Below are positions 1-12,248 of a stretch of 64,000 nucleotides of DNA, piece after piece. Within the stretch, counting starts at the first letter, position 1. Each line of letters begins with the position of its first letter. The stretch comes from Eledone cirrhosa. Its lineage: Eukaryota. The notes beneath the pieces are model-generated. The model was given only the letters and a program-made list of their open reading frames with translations. It made no database searches and was not told the DNA's origin. The position numbers and the translations under genes were made by a program. The stretch lies in NCBI GenBank assembly GCA_964016885.1, contig OZ024744.1, positions 110,298,001-110,362,000 of the forward strand. The letters run 5' to 3'.

Positions 1-142
1 ATCCACTATAACTTACCTTGCCTTGAACACAGTAAAACTACACGATCCACTATAACTTACCTTGCCCTGAACACACTAAAACTACACAATCCACTATAAC
101 TAACCTTGCTCTGAACACAGTAAAACTACACAATCCACTATA

Positions 143-151
143 ACTTACCTT
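143..151 (-). promoter_or_regulatory. Consensus U2-type 5' splice donor motif AAG|GTAAGT (example; present in most monomers)
   Basis: + strand ACTTACCTT is minus-strand AAG|GTAAGT, which matches MAG|GTRAGT and is complementary to the U1 snRNA 5' end. The motif is seen directly; its use is unproven. Confidence 0.6.
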
Positions 152-154
152 GCC
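149..154 (-). other. Putative 6-nt microexon GGCAAG between acceptor and donor (example; repeated per monomer)
   Basis: It is bounded exactly by TTCAG and GTAAGT on the minus strand, and its length is a multiple of 3. There is no transcript evidence. Confidence 0.35.
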
Positions 155-169
155 CTGAACACAGTAAAA
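155..169 (-). promoter_or_regulatory. 3' splice acceptor-like motif TTTTACTGTGTTCAG|G (example; present in most monomers)
   Basis: + strand CTGAACACAGTAAAA is minus-strand TTTTACTGTGTTCAG, a U-rich tract ending in YAG followed by G. No strong branch-point consensus is visible. Confidence 0.45.
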
Positions 170-3100
170 CTACACAATCCACTATAACTAACCTTGCTCT
201 GAACACAGTAAAACTATACAATCCACCATAACTTACCTTGCCCTGAACACAGTAAAACTACACAATCCTCTATAACTTACCTTGCCCTGAACACACTAAA
301 ACTACACAATCCACTATAACTTACCTTGCACTGAAAACAGTAAAACTACACAACCCACTATAACTTATCTTGCTCTGAACACAGTAAAACTACACAATCC
401 ACTATAACTTACCTTGCCCTGAACATAGTAAAAGAACGTAATCCACTATAACTTACCTTCCTTTGAACACAGTAAAACTACACAATCCACTATAACTTAC
501 CTTGCCCTGAACACAGTAAAACTACAAGATCCACTATAACTTACCTTGCTCTGAACACAGTAAAACTACATAATCCACTATAACTTACCTTGCCCTGAAC
601 ACAGTAAAACTAACACAATCCACTATAACTTACCTTGCCCTGAACACAGTAAAACTACACGATCCACTATAACTTACCTTGCCCTGAACACAGTAAAACT
701 ACACAATCCACTATAACTAACCTTGCTCTGAACACAGTAAAACTATACAATCTACCATAACTTACCTTGCCCTGAACACAGTAAAACTACACAATCCACT
801 ATAACTTACCTTGACCTGAACAGAGTAAAACTACACAATCCACTATAACTTACCTTGCACTGGACACAATAAAACTACACAACCCACTATAACTTACCTT
901 GCCCTGAACACACTAATACTACACAATCCACTATAACTTACCTTGCACTGGACACAGTAAAACTACACAATCCACTATAACTTACCTTGACCTGAACAGA
1001 GTAAAACTACACAATCCACTATAACTTACCTTGACCTGAACAGATTAAAACTACACAATCCACTATAACTTACCTTGACCTGAACAGAGTAAAACTACAC
1101 AATCCACTATAACTTACCTTGACCTGAACAGAGTAAAACTACACAATCCACTATAACTTACCTTGCCCTGAACACAGTAAAACTACACAATCCACTATAA
1201 CTTACCTTGACCTGAACAGAGTAAAACTACACAATCCACTATAACTTACCTTGCACTGAAAACGGTAAAACTACACAACCCACTATAACTTACCTTGCCC
1301 TGAACATAGTAAAAGAACGTAATCCACTATAACTTACCTTCCTTTGAACACAGTAAAACTACACAATCCACTATAATTTACCTTGCCCTGAACACAGAAA
1401 AACTACAAGATCCACTATAACTTACCTTGCTCTGAACACAGTAAAACTACATAATCCGCTATAACTTACCTTGCCCTGAACACAGTAAAACTAACACAAT
1501 CCACTATAACTTACCTTGCCCTGAACACAGTAAAACTACACAATCCACTATAACTTACCTTGCCCTGAACACAGTAAAACTACACAATCCACTATAAATT
1601 ACGTTGCCCTGAACATACTAAAACTACACAATCTTCTATAACTTACCTTGCCCTGAACACAGTAAAACTACACAATCCACTATAACTTTCCTTGCCCTGA
1701 ACACAGTAAAACTACACAACCCACTATAACTTACCTTGCCCTGAAACAGTAAAACTACACAAACCACTATAACTTACCTTGCCCTGAACACAGTAAAACT
1801 ACACAATCCACTATAACTTACCTTGCCCTGAACACAGTAAAACTACACAATCCACTATAACTTACCTTGCCCTGAATACAGTAAAACTACACAATCCACT
1901 ATAACTTACCTTGCCCTGAACACAGTAAAACTACACGATCCACTATAACTTACCTTGCCCTGAACACAGTAAAACTACACGATCCACTATAACTTACCTT
2001 GCCCTGAACACAGTAAAACTACACAATCAACTATAACTAACCTTGCTCTGAACACAGTAAAACTATACAATCTACCATAACTTACCTTGCCCTGAACACA
2101 GTAAAACTACACAATCCACTATAACTTACCTTGACCTGAACAGAGTAAAACTACGCAATCCACTATAACTTACCTTGCACTGGACACAATAAAACTACAC
2201 AACCCACTATAACTTACCTTGCTCTGAACACACTAAAACTACACAATCCACTATAACTTACCTTGCACTGGACACAGTAAAACTACACAATCCACTATAA
2301 CTTACCTTGACCTGAACAGAGTAAAACTACACAATCCACTATAACTTACCTTGACCTGAACAGAGTAAAACTACACAATCCACTATAACTTACCTTGCCC
2401 TGAACAGAGTAAAACTACACAATCCACTATAACTTACCTTGACCTGAACAGAGTAAAACTACACAATCCACTATAACTTACCTTGACCTGAACAGAGTAA
2501 AACTACACAATCCACTATAACTTACCTTGACCTGAACACAGTAAAACTACACAATCCACTATAACTTACCTTGCCCTGAACACAGTAAAACTACACAATC
2601 CACTATAAATTACGTTGCCCTGAACATACTAAAACTACACAATCTTCTATAACTTACCTTGCCCTGAACACAGTAAAACTACACAATCCACTATAACTTT
2701 CCTTGCCCTGAACACAGTAAAACTACACAACCCACTATAACATACCTTGCCCTGAACACAGTAAAACTACACAATCCACTGTAACTTACCTTGCCCTGAA
2801 CACAGTAAAACTGCATAATCCACTATAACTTACCTTGCCCTGAACACAGTAAAACTACACAATCCACTATAACTTACCTTGCCCTGAACACAGTAAAACT
2901 ACACAATCCACTATAAATTACCTTGCCCTGAACACAGTAAAACTACACAATCCACTATAACTTACCTTGCCCTGAACACAGTAAAACTACACAATCCACT
3001 ATAACTTACCTTGCCCTGAACACTGTAAAACTACATAATCCACTATAACTTACCTTGCCCTGAAACAGTAAAACTACACAAACCACTATAACTTACCTTG

Positions 3101-6100
3101 CCCTGAACACAGTAAAACTACACGATCCACTATAACTTACCTTGCCTTGAACACAGTAAAACTACACGATCCACTATAACTTACCTTGCCCTGAACACAG
3201 TAAAACTACACAATCCACTATAACTAACCTTGCTCTGAACACAGTAAAACTACACAATCCACTATAACTTACCTTGCCCTGAACACAGTAAAACTACACA
3301 ATCCACTATAACTTACCTTGCCCTGAACACAGTAAAACTACACAATCCACTATAACTAACCTTGCTCTGAACACAGTAAAACTACACAATCCACTATAAC
3401 TTACCTTGCCCTGAACATAGTAAAAGAACGTAATCCACTATAACTTACCTTCCTTTGAACACAGTAAAACTACACAATCCACTATAATTTACCTTGCCCT
3501 GAACACAGTAAAACTACAAGATCCAATATAACTTACCTTGCTCTGAACACAGTAAAACTACATAATCCACTATAACTTACCTTGCCTTGAACACAGTAAA
3601 ACTAACACAATCCACTATAACTTACCTTGCCCTGAACACAGTAAAACTACACAATCCACTATAAATTACGTTGCCCTGAACATACTAAAACTACACAATC
3701 TTCTATAACTTACCTTGCCCTGAACACAGTAAAACTGCATAATCCACTATAAATTACCTTGCCCTGAACACAGTAAAACTACACAATCCACTATAACTTA
3801 CCTTGCCCTGAACACAGTAAAACTACACAATCCACTATAACTTACCTTGCCCTGAACACTGTAAAACTACATAATCCACTATAACTTACCTTGCCCTGAA
3901 ACAGTAAAACTACACAAACCACTATAACTTACCTTGCCCTGAACACAGTAAAACTACACAATCCACTATAACTTACCTTGCCCTGAACACAGTAAAACTA
4001 CACGATCCACTATAAATTACCTTGCCCTGAACACAGTAAAACTACACAATCCACTATAACTAACCTTGACCTGAACACAGTAAAACTACACAATCCACTA
4101 TAACTTACCTTGTCCTGAACACACTAAAACTACACAATCCTCTATAACTTAACTGGCCCTGAACACAGTAAAACTACACAATCCACTATAACTTAGCTTG
4201 CACTGAACACAGTAAAACTACACAATCCACTATAACTTACCTTGCCCTGAACACAGTAAAACTACACAATCCACTTCAACTTACCTTGCTCTGAATACAG
4301 TAAAACTACACAATCCACTATAACTTACCTTGCCCTGAACACAGTAAAATTACACAATCCACTATAACTAACCTTGCCCTGAACACAGTAAAACTACACA
4401 ATCCACTATAACTTACTTTGCTCTGAACACAGTAAAACTACACAATCCACCTTAACTTACCTTGCTCTGAACACAGTAAAACTACACAATCCACTTCAAC
4501 TTACCTTGCTCTGAACACAGTAAAACTACACAATCCACTATAACTTACCTTGCCCTGAACACAGTAAAATTACACAATCCACTATAACTTACCTTGCCCT
4601 GAACACAGTAAAACTACATAATCCACTATAACTTAACATGCTCTGAACACAGTAAAACTACACAACCCACTATAACTTACCTTGCCTTGAACACAGTAAA
4701 ACTACACAATCCACAATAACTTACCTTGCCCTGAACATAGTAAAACTACGTAATCCACTATAACTTACCTTCCTCTAAACACAGTAAAACTACACAATCT
4801 ACTATAACTTACCTTGCCCAGAACACAGTAAAACTACGTAATCCACTATAACTTACCTTGCCCTGAACACAGTAAAACTACACAATCCACTATAATTTAC
4901 CTTGCCCTGATCACAGTAAAAATACACAATCCACTATAACTTACCTTGCTCTGAACACAGTAAAACTACATAATCCACTATAACTTACCTTGCCCTGAAC
5001 ACAGTAAAACTAACACAATCCACTATAACTTACCTTGCCCTGAACACAGTAAAACTACACCATCCACTATAAATTACGTTGCCATGAACATACTAAAACT
5101 ACACGATCTTCTATAACTTACCTTGCCCTGAACACAGTAAAACCACACAATCCACTATAACTTACCTTGCCCTGAACACAGTAAAACTACACAATCCATT
5201 ATAACTTACCTTGCCCTGAACACAGTAAAACTACACAATCCACTATAACTTACCTTGCCCTGAAACAGTAAAACTACACAAACCACTATAACTTACCTTG
5301 CCCTGAACACAGTAAAACTACACTATCCACTATAACTTACCTTGCCTTGAACACAGTAAAACTACACGATCCACTATAACTTACCTTGCCCTGAACACAC
5401 TAAAACTACACAATCCACTATAACTAACCTTGCTCTGAACACAGTAAAACTACACAATCCACTATAACTTACCTTGCCCTGAACACAGTAAAACTACACA
5501 ATCCACTATAACTAACCTTGCTCTGAACACAGTAAAACTATACAATCCACCATAACTTACCTTGCCCTGAACACAGTAAAACTACACAATCCTCTATAAC
5601 TTACCTTGCCCTGAACACACTAAAACTACACAATCCACTATAACTTACCTTGCACTGAAAACAGTAAAACTACACAACCCACTATAACTTATCTTGCTCT
5701 GAACACAGTAAAACTACACAATCCACTATAACTTACCTTGCCCTGAACATAGTAAAAGAACGTAATCCACTATAACTTACCTTCCTTTGAACACAGTAAA
5801 ACTACACAATCCACTATAACTTACCTTGCCCTGAACACAGTAAAACTACAAGATCCACTATAACTTACCTTGCTCTGAACACAGTAAAACTACATAATCC
5901 ACTATAACTTACCTTGCCCTGAACACAGTAAAACTAACACAATCCACTATAACTTACCTTGCCCTGAACACAGTAAAACTACACGATCCACTATAACTTA
6001 CCTTGCCCTGAACACAGTAAAACTACACAATCCACTATAACTAACCTTGCTCTGAACACAGTAAAACTATACAATCTACCATAACTTACCTTGCCCTGAA

Positions 6101-9100
6101 CACAGTAAAACTACACAATCCACTATAACTTACCTTGACCTGAACAGAGTAAAACTACACAATCCACTATAACTTACCTTGCACTGGACACAATAAAACT
6201 ACACAACCCACTATAACTTACCTTGCCCTGAACACACTAATACTACACAATCCACTATAACTTACCTTGCACTGGACACAGTAAAACTACACAATCCACT
6301 ATAACTTACCTTGACCTGAACAGAGTAAAACTACACAATCCACTATAACTTACCTTGACCTGAACAGATTAAAACTACACAATCCACTATAACTTACCTT
6401 GACCTGAACAGAGTAAAACTACACAATCCACTATAACTTACCTTGACCTGAACAGAGTAAAACTACACAATCCACTATAACTTACCTTGCCCTGAACACA
6501 GTAAAACTACACAATCCACTATAACTTACCTTGACCTGAACAGAGTAAAACTACACAATCCACTATAACTTACCTTGCACTGAAAACGGTAAAACTACAC
6601 AACCCACTATAACTTACCTTGCCCTGAACATAGTAAAAGAACGTAATCCACTATAACTTACCTTCCTTTGAACACAGTAAAACTACACAATCCACTATAA
6701 TTTACCTTGCCCTGAACACAGAAAAACTACAAGATCCACTATAACTTACCTTGCTCTGAACACAGTAAAACTACATAATCCGCTATAACTTACCTTGCCC
6801 TGAACACAGTAAAACTAACACAATCCACTATAACTTACCTTGCCCTGAACACAGTAAAACTACACAATCCACTATAACTTACCTTGCCCTGAACACAGTA
6901 AAACTACACAATCCACTATAAATTACGTTGCCCTGAACATACTAAAACTACACAATCTTCTATAACTTACCTTGCCCTGAACACAGTAAAACTACACAAT
7001 CCACTATAACTTTCCTTGCCCTGAACACAGTAAAACTACACAACCCACTATAACTTACCTTGCCCTGAAACAGTAAAACTACACAAACCACTATAACTTA
7101 CCTTGCCCTGAACACAGTAAAACTACACAATCCACTATAACTTACCTTGCCCTGAACACAGTAAAACTACACAATCCACTATAACTTACCTTGCCCTGAA
7201 CACAGTAAAACTACACAATCCACTATAACTTACCTTGCCCTGAACACAGTAAAACTACACGATCCACTATAACTTACCTTGCCCTGAACACAGTAAAACT
7301 ACACGATCCACTATAACTTACCTTGCCCTGAACACAGTAAAACTACACAATCAACTATAACTAACCTTGCTCTGAACACAGTAAAACTATACAATCTACC
7401 ATAACTTACCTTGCCCTGAACACAGTAAAACTACACAATCCACTATAACTTACCTTGACCTGAACAGAGTAAAACTACGCAATCCACTATAACTTACCTT
7501 GCACTGGACACAATAAAACTACACAACCCACTATAACTTACCTTGCTCTGAACACACTAAAACTACACAATCCACTATAACTTACCTTGCACTGGACACA
7601 GTAAAACTACACAATCCACTATAACTTACCTTGACCTGAACAGAGTAAAACTACACAATCCACTATAACTTACCTTGACCTGAACAGAGTAAAACTACAC
7701 AATCCACTATAACTTACCTTGCCCTGAACAGAGTAAAACTACACAATCCACTATAACTTACCTTGACCTGAACAGAGTAAAACTACACAATCCACTATAA
7801 CTTACCTTGACCTGAACAGAGTAAAACTACACAATCCACTATAACTTACCTTGACCTGAACACAGTAAAACTACACAATCCACTATAACTTACCTTGCCC
7901 TGAACACAGTAAAACTACACAATCCACTATAAATTACGTTGCCCTGAACATACTAAAACTACACAATCTTCTATAACTTACCTTGCCCTGAACACAGTAA
8001 AACTACACAATCCACTATAACTTTCCTTGCCCTGAACACAGTAAAACTACACAACCCACTATAACATACCTTGCCCTGAACACAGTAAAACTACACAATC
8101 CACTGTAACTTACCTTGCCCTGAACACAGTAAAACTGCATAATCCACTATAACTTACCTTGCCCTGAACACAGTAAAACTACACAATCCACTATAACTTA
8201 CCTTGCCCTGAAGACAGTAAAACTACACAATCCACTATAAATTACCTTGCCCTGAACACAGTAAAACTACACAATCCACTATAACTTACCTTGCCCTGAA
8301 CACAGTAAAACTACACAATCCACTATAACTTACCTTGCCCTGAACACTGTAAAACTACATAATCCACTATAACTTACCTTGCCCTGAAACAGTAAAACTA
8401 GACAAACCACTATAACTTACCTTGCCCTGAACACAGTAAAACTACACGATCCACTATAACTTACCTTGCCTTGAACACAGTAAAACTACACGATCCACTA
8501 TAACTTACCTTGCCCTGAACACAGTAAAACTACACAATCCACTATAACTAACCTTGCTCTGAACACAGTAAAACTACACAATCCACTATAACTTACCTTG
8601 CCCTGAACACAGAAAAACTACACAATCCACTATAACTAACCTTGCTCTGAACACAGTAAAACTATACAATCCACCATAACTTACCTTGCCCTGAACACAG
8701 TAAAACTACACAATCCACTATAACTTACCTTGACCTGAACATAGTAAAACTACACAATCCTCTATAACTTACCTTGCCCTGAACACACTAAAACTACACA
8801 ATCCACTATAACTTACCTTGCACTGAAAACAGTAAAACTACACAACCCACTATAACTTACCTTGCTCTGAACACAGTAAAACTACACAATCCACTATAAC
8901 TTACCTTGCCCTGAACATAGTAAAAGAACGTAATCCACTATAACTTACCTTCCTTTGAACACAGTAAAACTACACAATCCACTATAATTTACCTTGCCCT
9001 GAACACAGTAAAACTACAAGATCCAATATAACTTACCTTGCTCTGAACACAGTAAAACTACATAATCCACTATAACTTACCTTGCCTTGAACACAGTAAA

Positions 9101-12100
9101 ACTAACACAATCCACTATAACTTACCTTGCCCTGAACACAGTAAAACTACACAATCCACTATAAATTACGTTGCCCTGAACATACTAAAACTACACAATC
9201 TTCTATAACTTACCTTGCCCTGAACACAGTAAAACTGCATAATCCACTATAAATTACCTTGCCCTGAACACAGTAAAACTACACAATCCACTATAACTTA
9301 CCTTGCCCTGAACACAGTAAAACTACACAATCCACTATAACTTACCTTGCCCTGAACACTGTAAAACTACATAATCCACTATAACTTACCTTGCCCTGAA
9401 ACAGTAAAACTACACAAACCACTATAACTTACCTTGCCCTGAACACAGTAAAACTACACAATCCACTATAACTTACCTTGCCCTGAACACAGTAAAACTA
9501 CACGATCCACTATAAATTACCTTGCCCTGAACACAGTAAAACTACACAATCCACTATAACTAACCTTGACCTGAACACAGTAAAACTACACAATCCACTA
9601 TAACTTACCTTGTCCTGAACACACTAAAACTACACAATCCTCTATAACTTAACTGGCCCTGAACACAGTAAAACTACACAATCCACTATAACTTAGCTTG
9701 CACTGAACACAGTAAAACTACACAATCCACTATAACTTACCTTGCCCTGAACACAGTAAAACTACACAATCCACTTCAACTTACCTTGCTCTGAATACAG
9801 TAAAACTACACAATCCACTATAACTTACCTTGCCCTGAACACAGTAAAATTACACAATCCACTATAACTAACCTTGCCCTGAACACAGTAAAACTACACA
9901 ATCCACTATAACTTACTTTGCTCTGAACACAGTAAAACTACACAATCCACCTTAACTTACCTTGCTCTGAACACAGTAAAACTACACAATCCACTTCAAC
10001 TTACCTTGCTCTGAACACAGTAAAACTACACAATCCACTATAACTTACCTTGCCCTGAACACAGTAAAATTACACAATCCACTATAACTTACCTTGCCCT
10101 GAACACAGTAAAACTACATAATCCACTATAACTTAACATGCTCTGAACACAGTAAAACTACACAACCCACTATAACTTACCTTGCCTTGAACACAGTAAA
10201 ACTACACAATCCACAATAACTTACCTTGCCCTGAACATAGTAAAACTACGTAATCCACTATAACTTACCTTCCTCTAAACACAGTAAAACTACACAATCT
10301 ACTATAACTTACCTTGCCCAGAACACAGTAAAACTACGTAATCCACTATAACTTACCTTGCCCTGAACACAGTAAAACTACACAATCCACTATAATTTAC
10401 CTTGCCCTGATCACAGTAAAACTACACAATCCACTATAACTTACCTTGCTCTGAACACAGTAAAACTACATAATCCACTATAACTTACCTTGCCCTGAAC
10501 ACAGTAAAACTAACACAATCCACTATAACTTACCTTGCCCTGAACACAGTAAAACTACACCATCCACTATAAATTACGTTGCCATGAACATACTAAAACT
10601 ACACGATCTTCTATAACTTACCTTGCCCTGAACACAGTAAAACCACACAATCCACTATAACTTACCTTGCCCTGAACACAGTAAAACTACACAATCCATT
10701 ATAACTTACCTTGCCCTGAACACAGTAAAACTACACAATCCACTATAACTTACCTTGCCCTGAACACAGTAAAACTACACGATCCACTATAACTTACCTT
10801 GCCCTGAACACAGTAAAACTACACAATCCACTATAACTTACCTTGCCCTGAACACAGTAAAACTACACAATCCACTATAACTCACCTTGCTCGGAACACA
10901 GTAAAACTATACAATCCACCATAACTTACCTTGCCCTGAACACAGTAAATCTACACAATCCACTATAACTTACCTTGACCTGAACAGAGTAAAACTACAC
11001 AATCCACTATAACTTACCTTGCCCTGAACACACTAAAACTACACAATCCACTATAACTTACCTTGACCTGAACAGAGTAAAACTACACAATCCACTATAA
11101 CTTACCTTGCACTGAAAACAGTAAAACTACACAACCCACTATAACTTACCTTGCCCTGAACATAGTAAAAGAACGTAATCCACTATAACTTACCTTCCTT
11201 TGAACACAGTAAAACTACACAATCCACTATAATTTACCTTGCCCTGAACACAGTAAAACTACAAGATCCACTATAACTTACCTTGCTCTGAACACAGTAA
11301 AACTACATAATCCACTATAACTTACCTTGCCCTGAACACAGTAAAACTAACACAATCCACTATAACTTACCTTGCCCTGAACATACTAAAACTACACAAT
11401 CTTCTATAACTTACCTTGCCCTGAACACAGTAAAACTACACAATCCACTATAAATTACGTTGCCCTGAACACAGTAAAACTACACAATCCACTATAAATT
11501 ACCTTGCCTTGAACACAGTAAAATTACACAATCCACTATAACTTACCTTGCCCTGAACACAGTAAAACTACGTAATCCACTATAACTTACCTTGCCCTGA
11601 ACAAAGTAAAACTACACAATCCACTATAATTTACCTTGCCCTGAACACAGTAAAACTACACAATCCACTATAACTGACCTTGGTCTGAACACAGTAAAAC
11701 TACACAATCCACTATAACTTACCTTGCTCTGAACACAGTAAAACTACACAATCCACTATAACTTACCTTGCCCTGAACACAGTAAAACTACACAATCCAC
11801 CATAACTTACCTTGCCCTGAACACAGTAAAAGAACACAATCTTCTATAACTTACCTTGCCCTGAATACAGTGAAACTACACAATCCCCTATACCTTACCT
11901 TGCTCTGAACACAGTAAAACTACACAATCCACTATAACTTACCTTGCCCTGAACACAGTAAAACTACACAATCCACTATAACTTAAATTGCCCTGAACTC
12001 AGTAAAACTACATAATCCACTGTAACTTACCTTGCCCTGAACACAGTAAAAGTACACAACCCACTATAACTTACCTTGCTCTGAACACAGCAAAACTACA

Positions 12101-12222
12101 CAATCCACTATAACTTACCTTGCCCTGAACACAGTAAAACTACACAATCCACTATAACTTACCTTGCCCTGAACACAGTAAAAGTACATAATCCACTATA
12201 ACTTACCTTGCTCTGAACACAG

Positions 12223-12248
12223 TATAACTTACCTTGCTCTGAACACAG
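12223..12248 (+). repeat. 26-bp truncated monomer (18-bp deletion); eight copies seen in the window
   Basis: ACACAGTATAACTT junction at ~12221, 29056, 44351, 48339, 52239, 53058, 55022 and 61032. Confidence 0.9.

Larger units (their letters stand above)
133..176 (+). repeat. Representative exact-consensus 44-bp monomer
   Basis: Read directly from the sequence. Composition is A17 C14 T10 G3. Confidence 0.97.
1..10760. repeat. Recent tandem duplication of a ~5.3-5.5 kb block (1-~5260 vs ~5325-10760)
   Basis: Variants recur at offset 5324 (GAACATAG 421/5745; TCAACTA 2027/7351). After a net 4-monomer indel they recur at offset 5500 (ATCCAATATA 3521/9021; ACAATCCATT 5191/10691). Confidence 0.9.

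Noticed and set aside
7-12. TATA box or -10 promoter element (TATAAC)
   Set aside because: It is a short AT-rich match inside the repeat, with no gene or supporting promoter context.
8-20. U1 snRNA gene or pseudogene array
   Set aside because: Similarity is limited to ACTTACCT. No U1 stem-loops or downstream U1 sequence are present.
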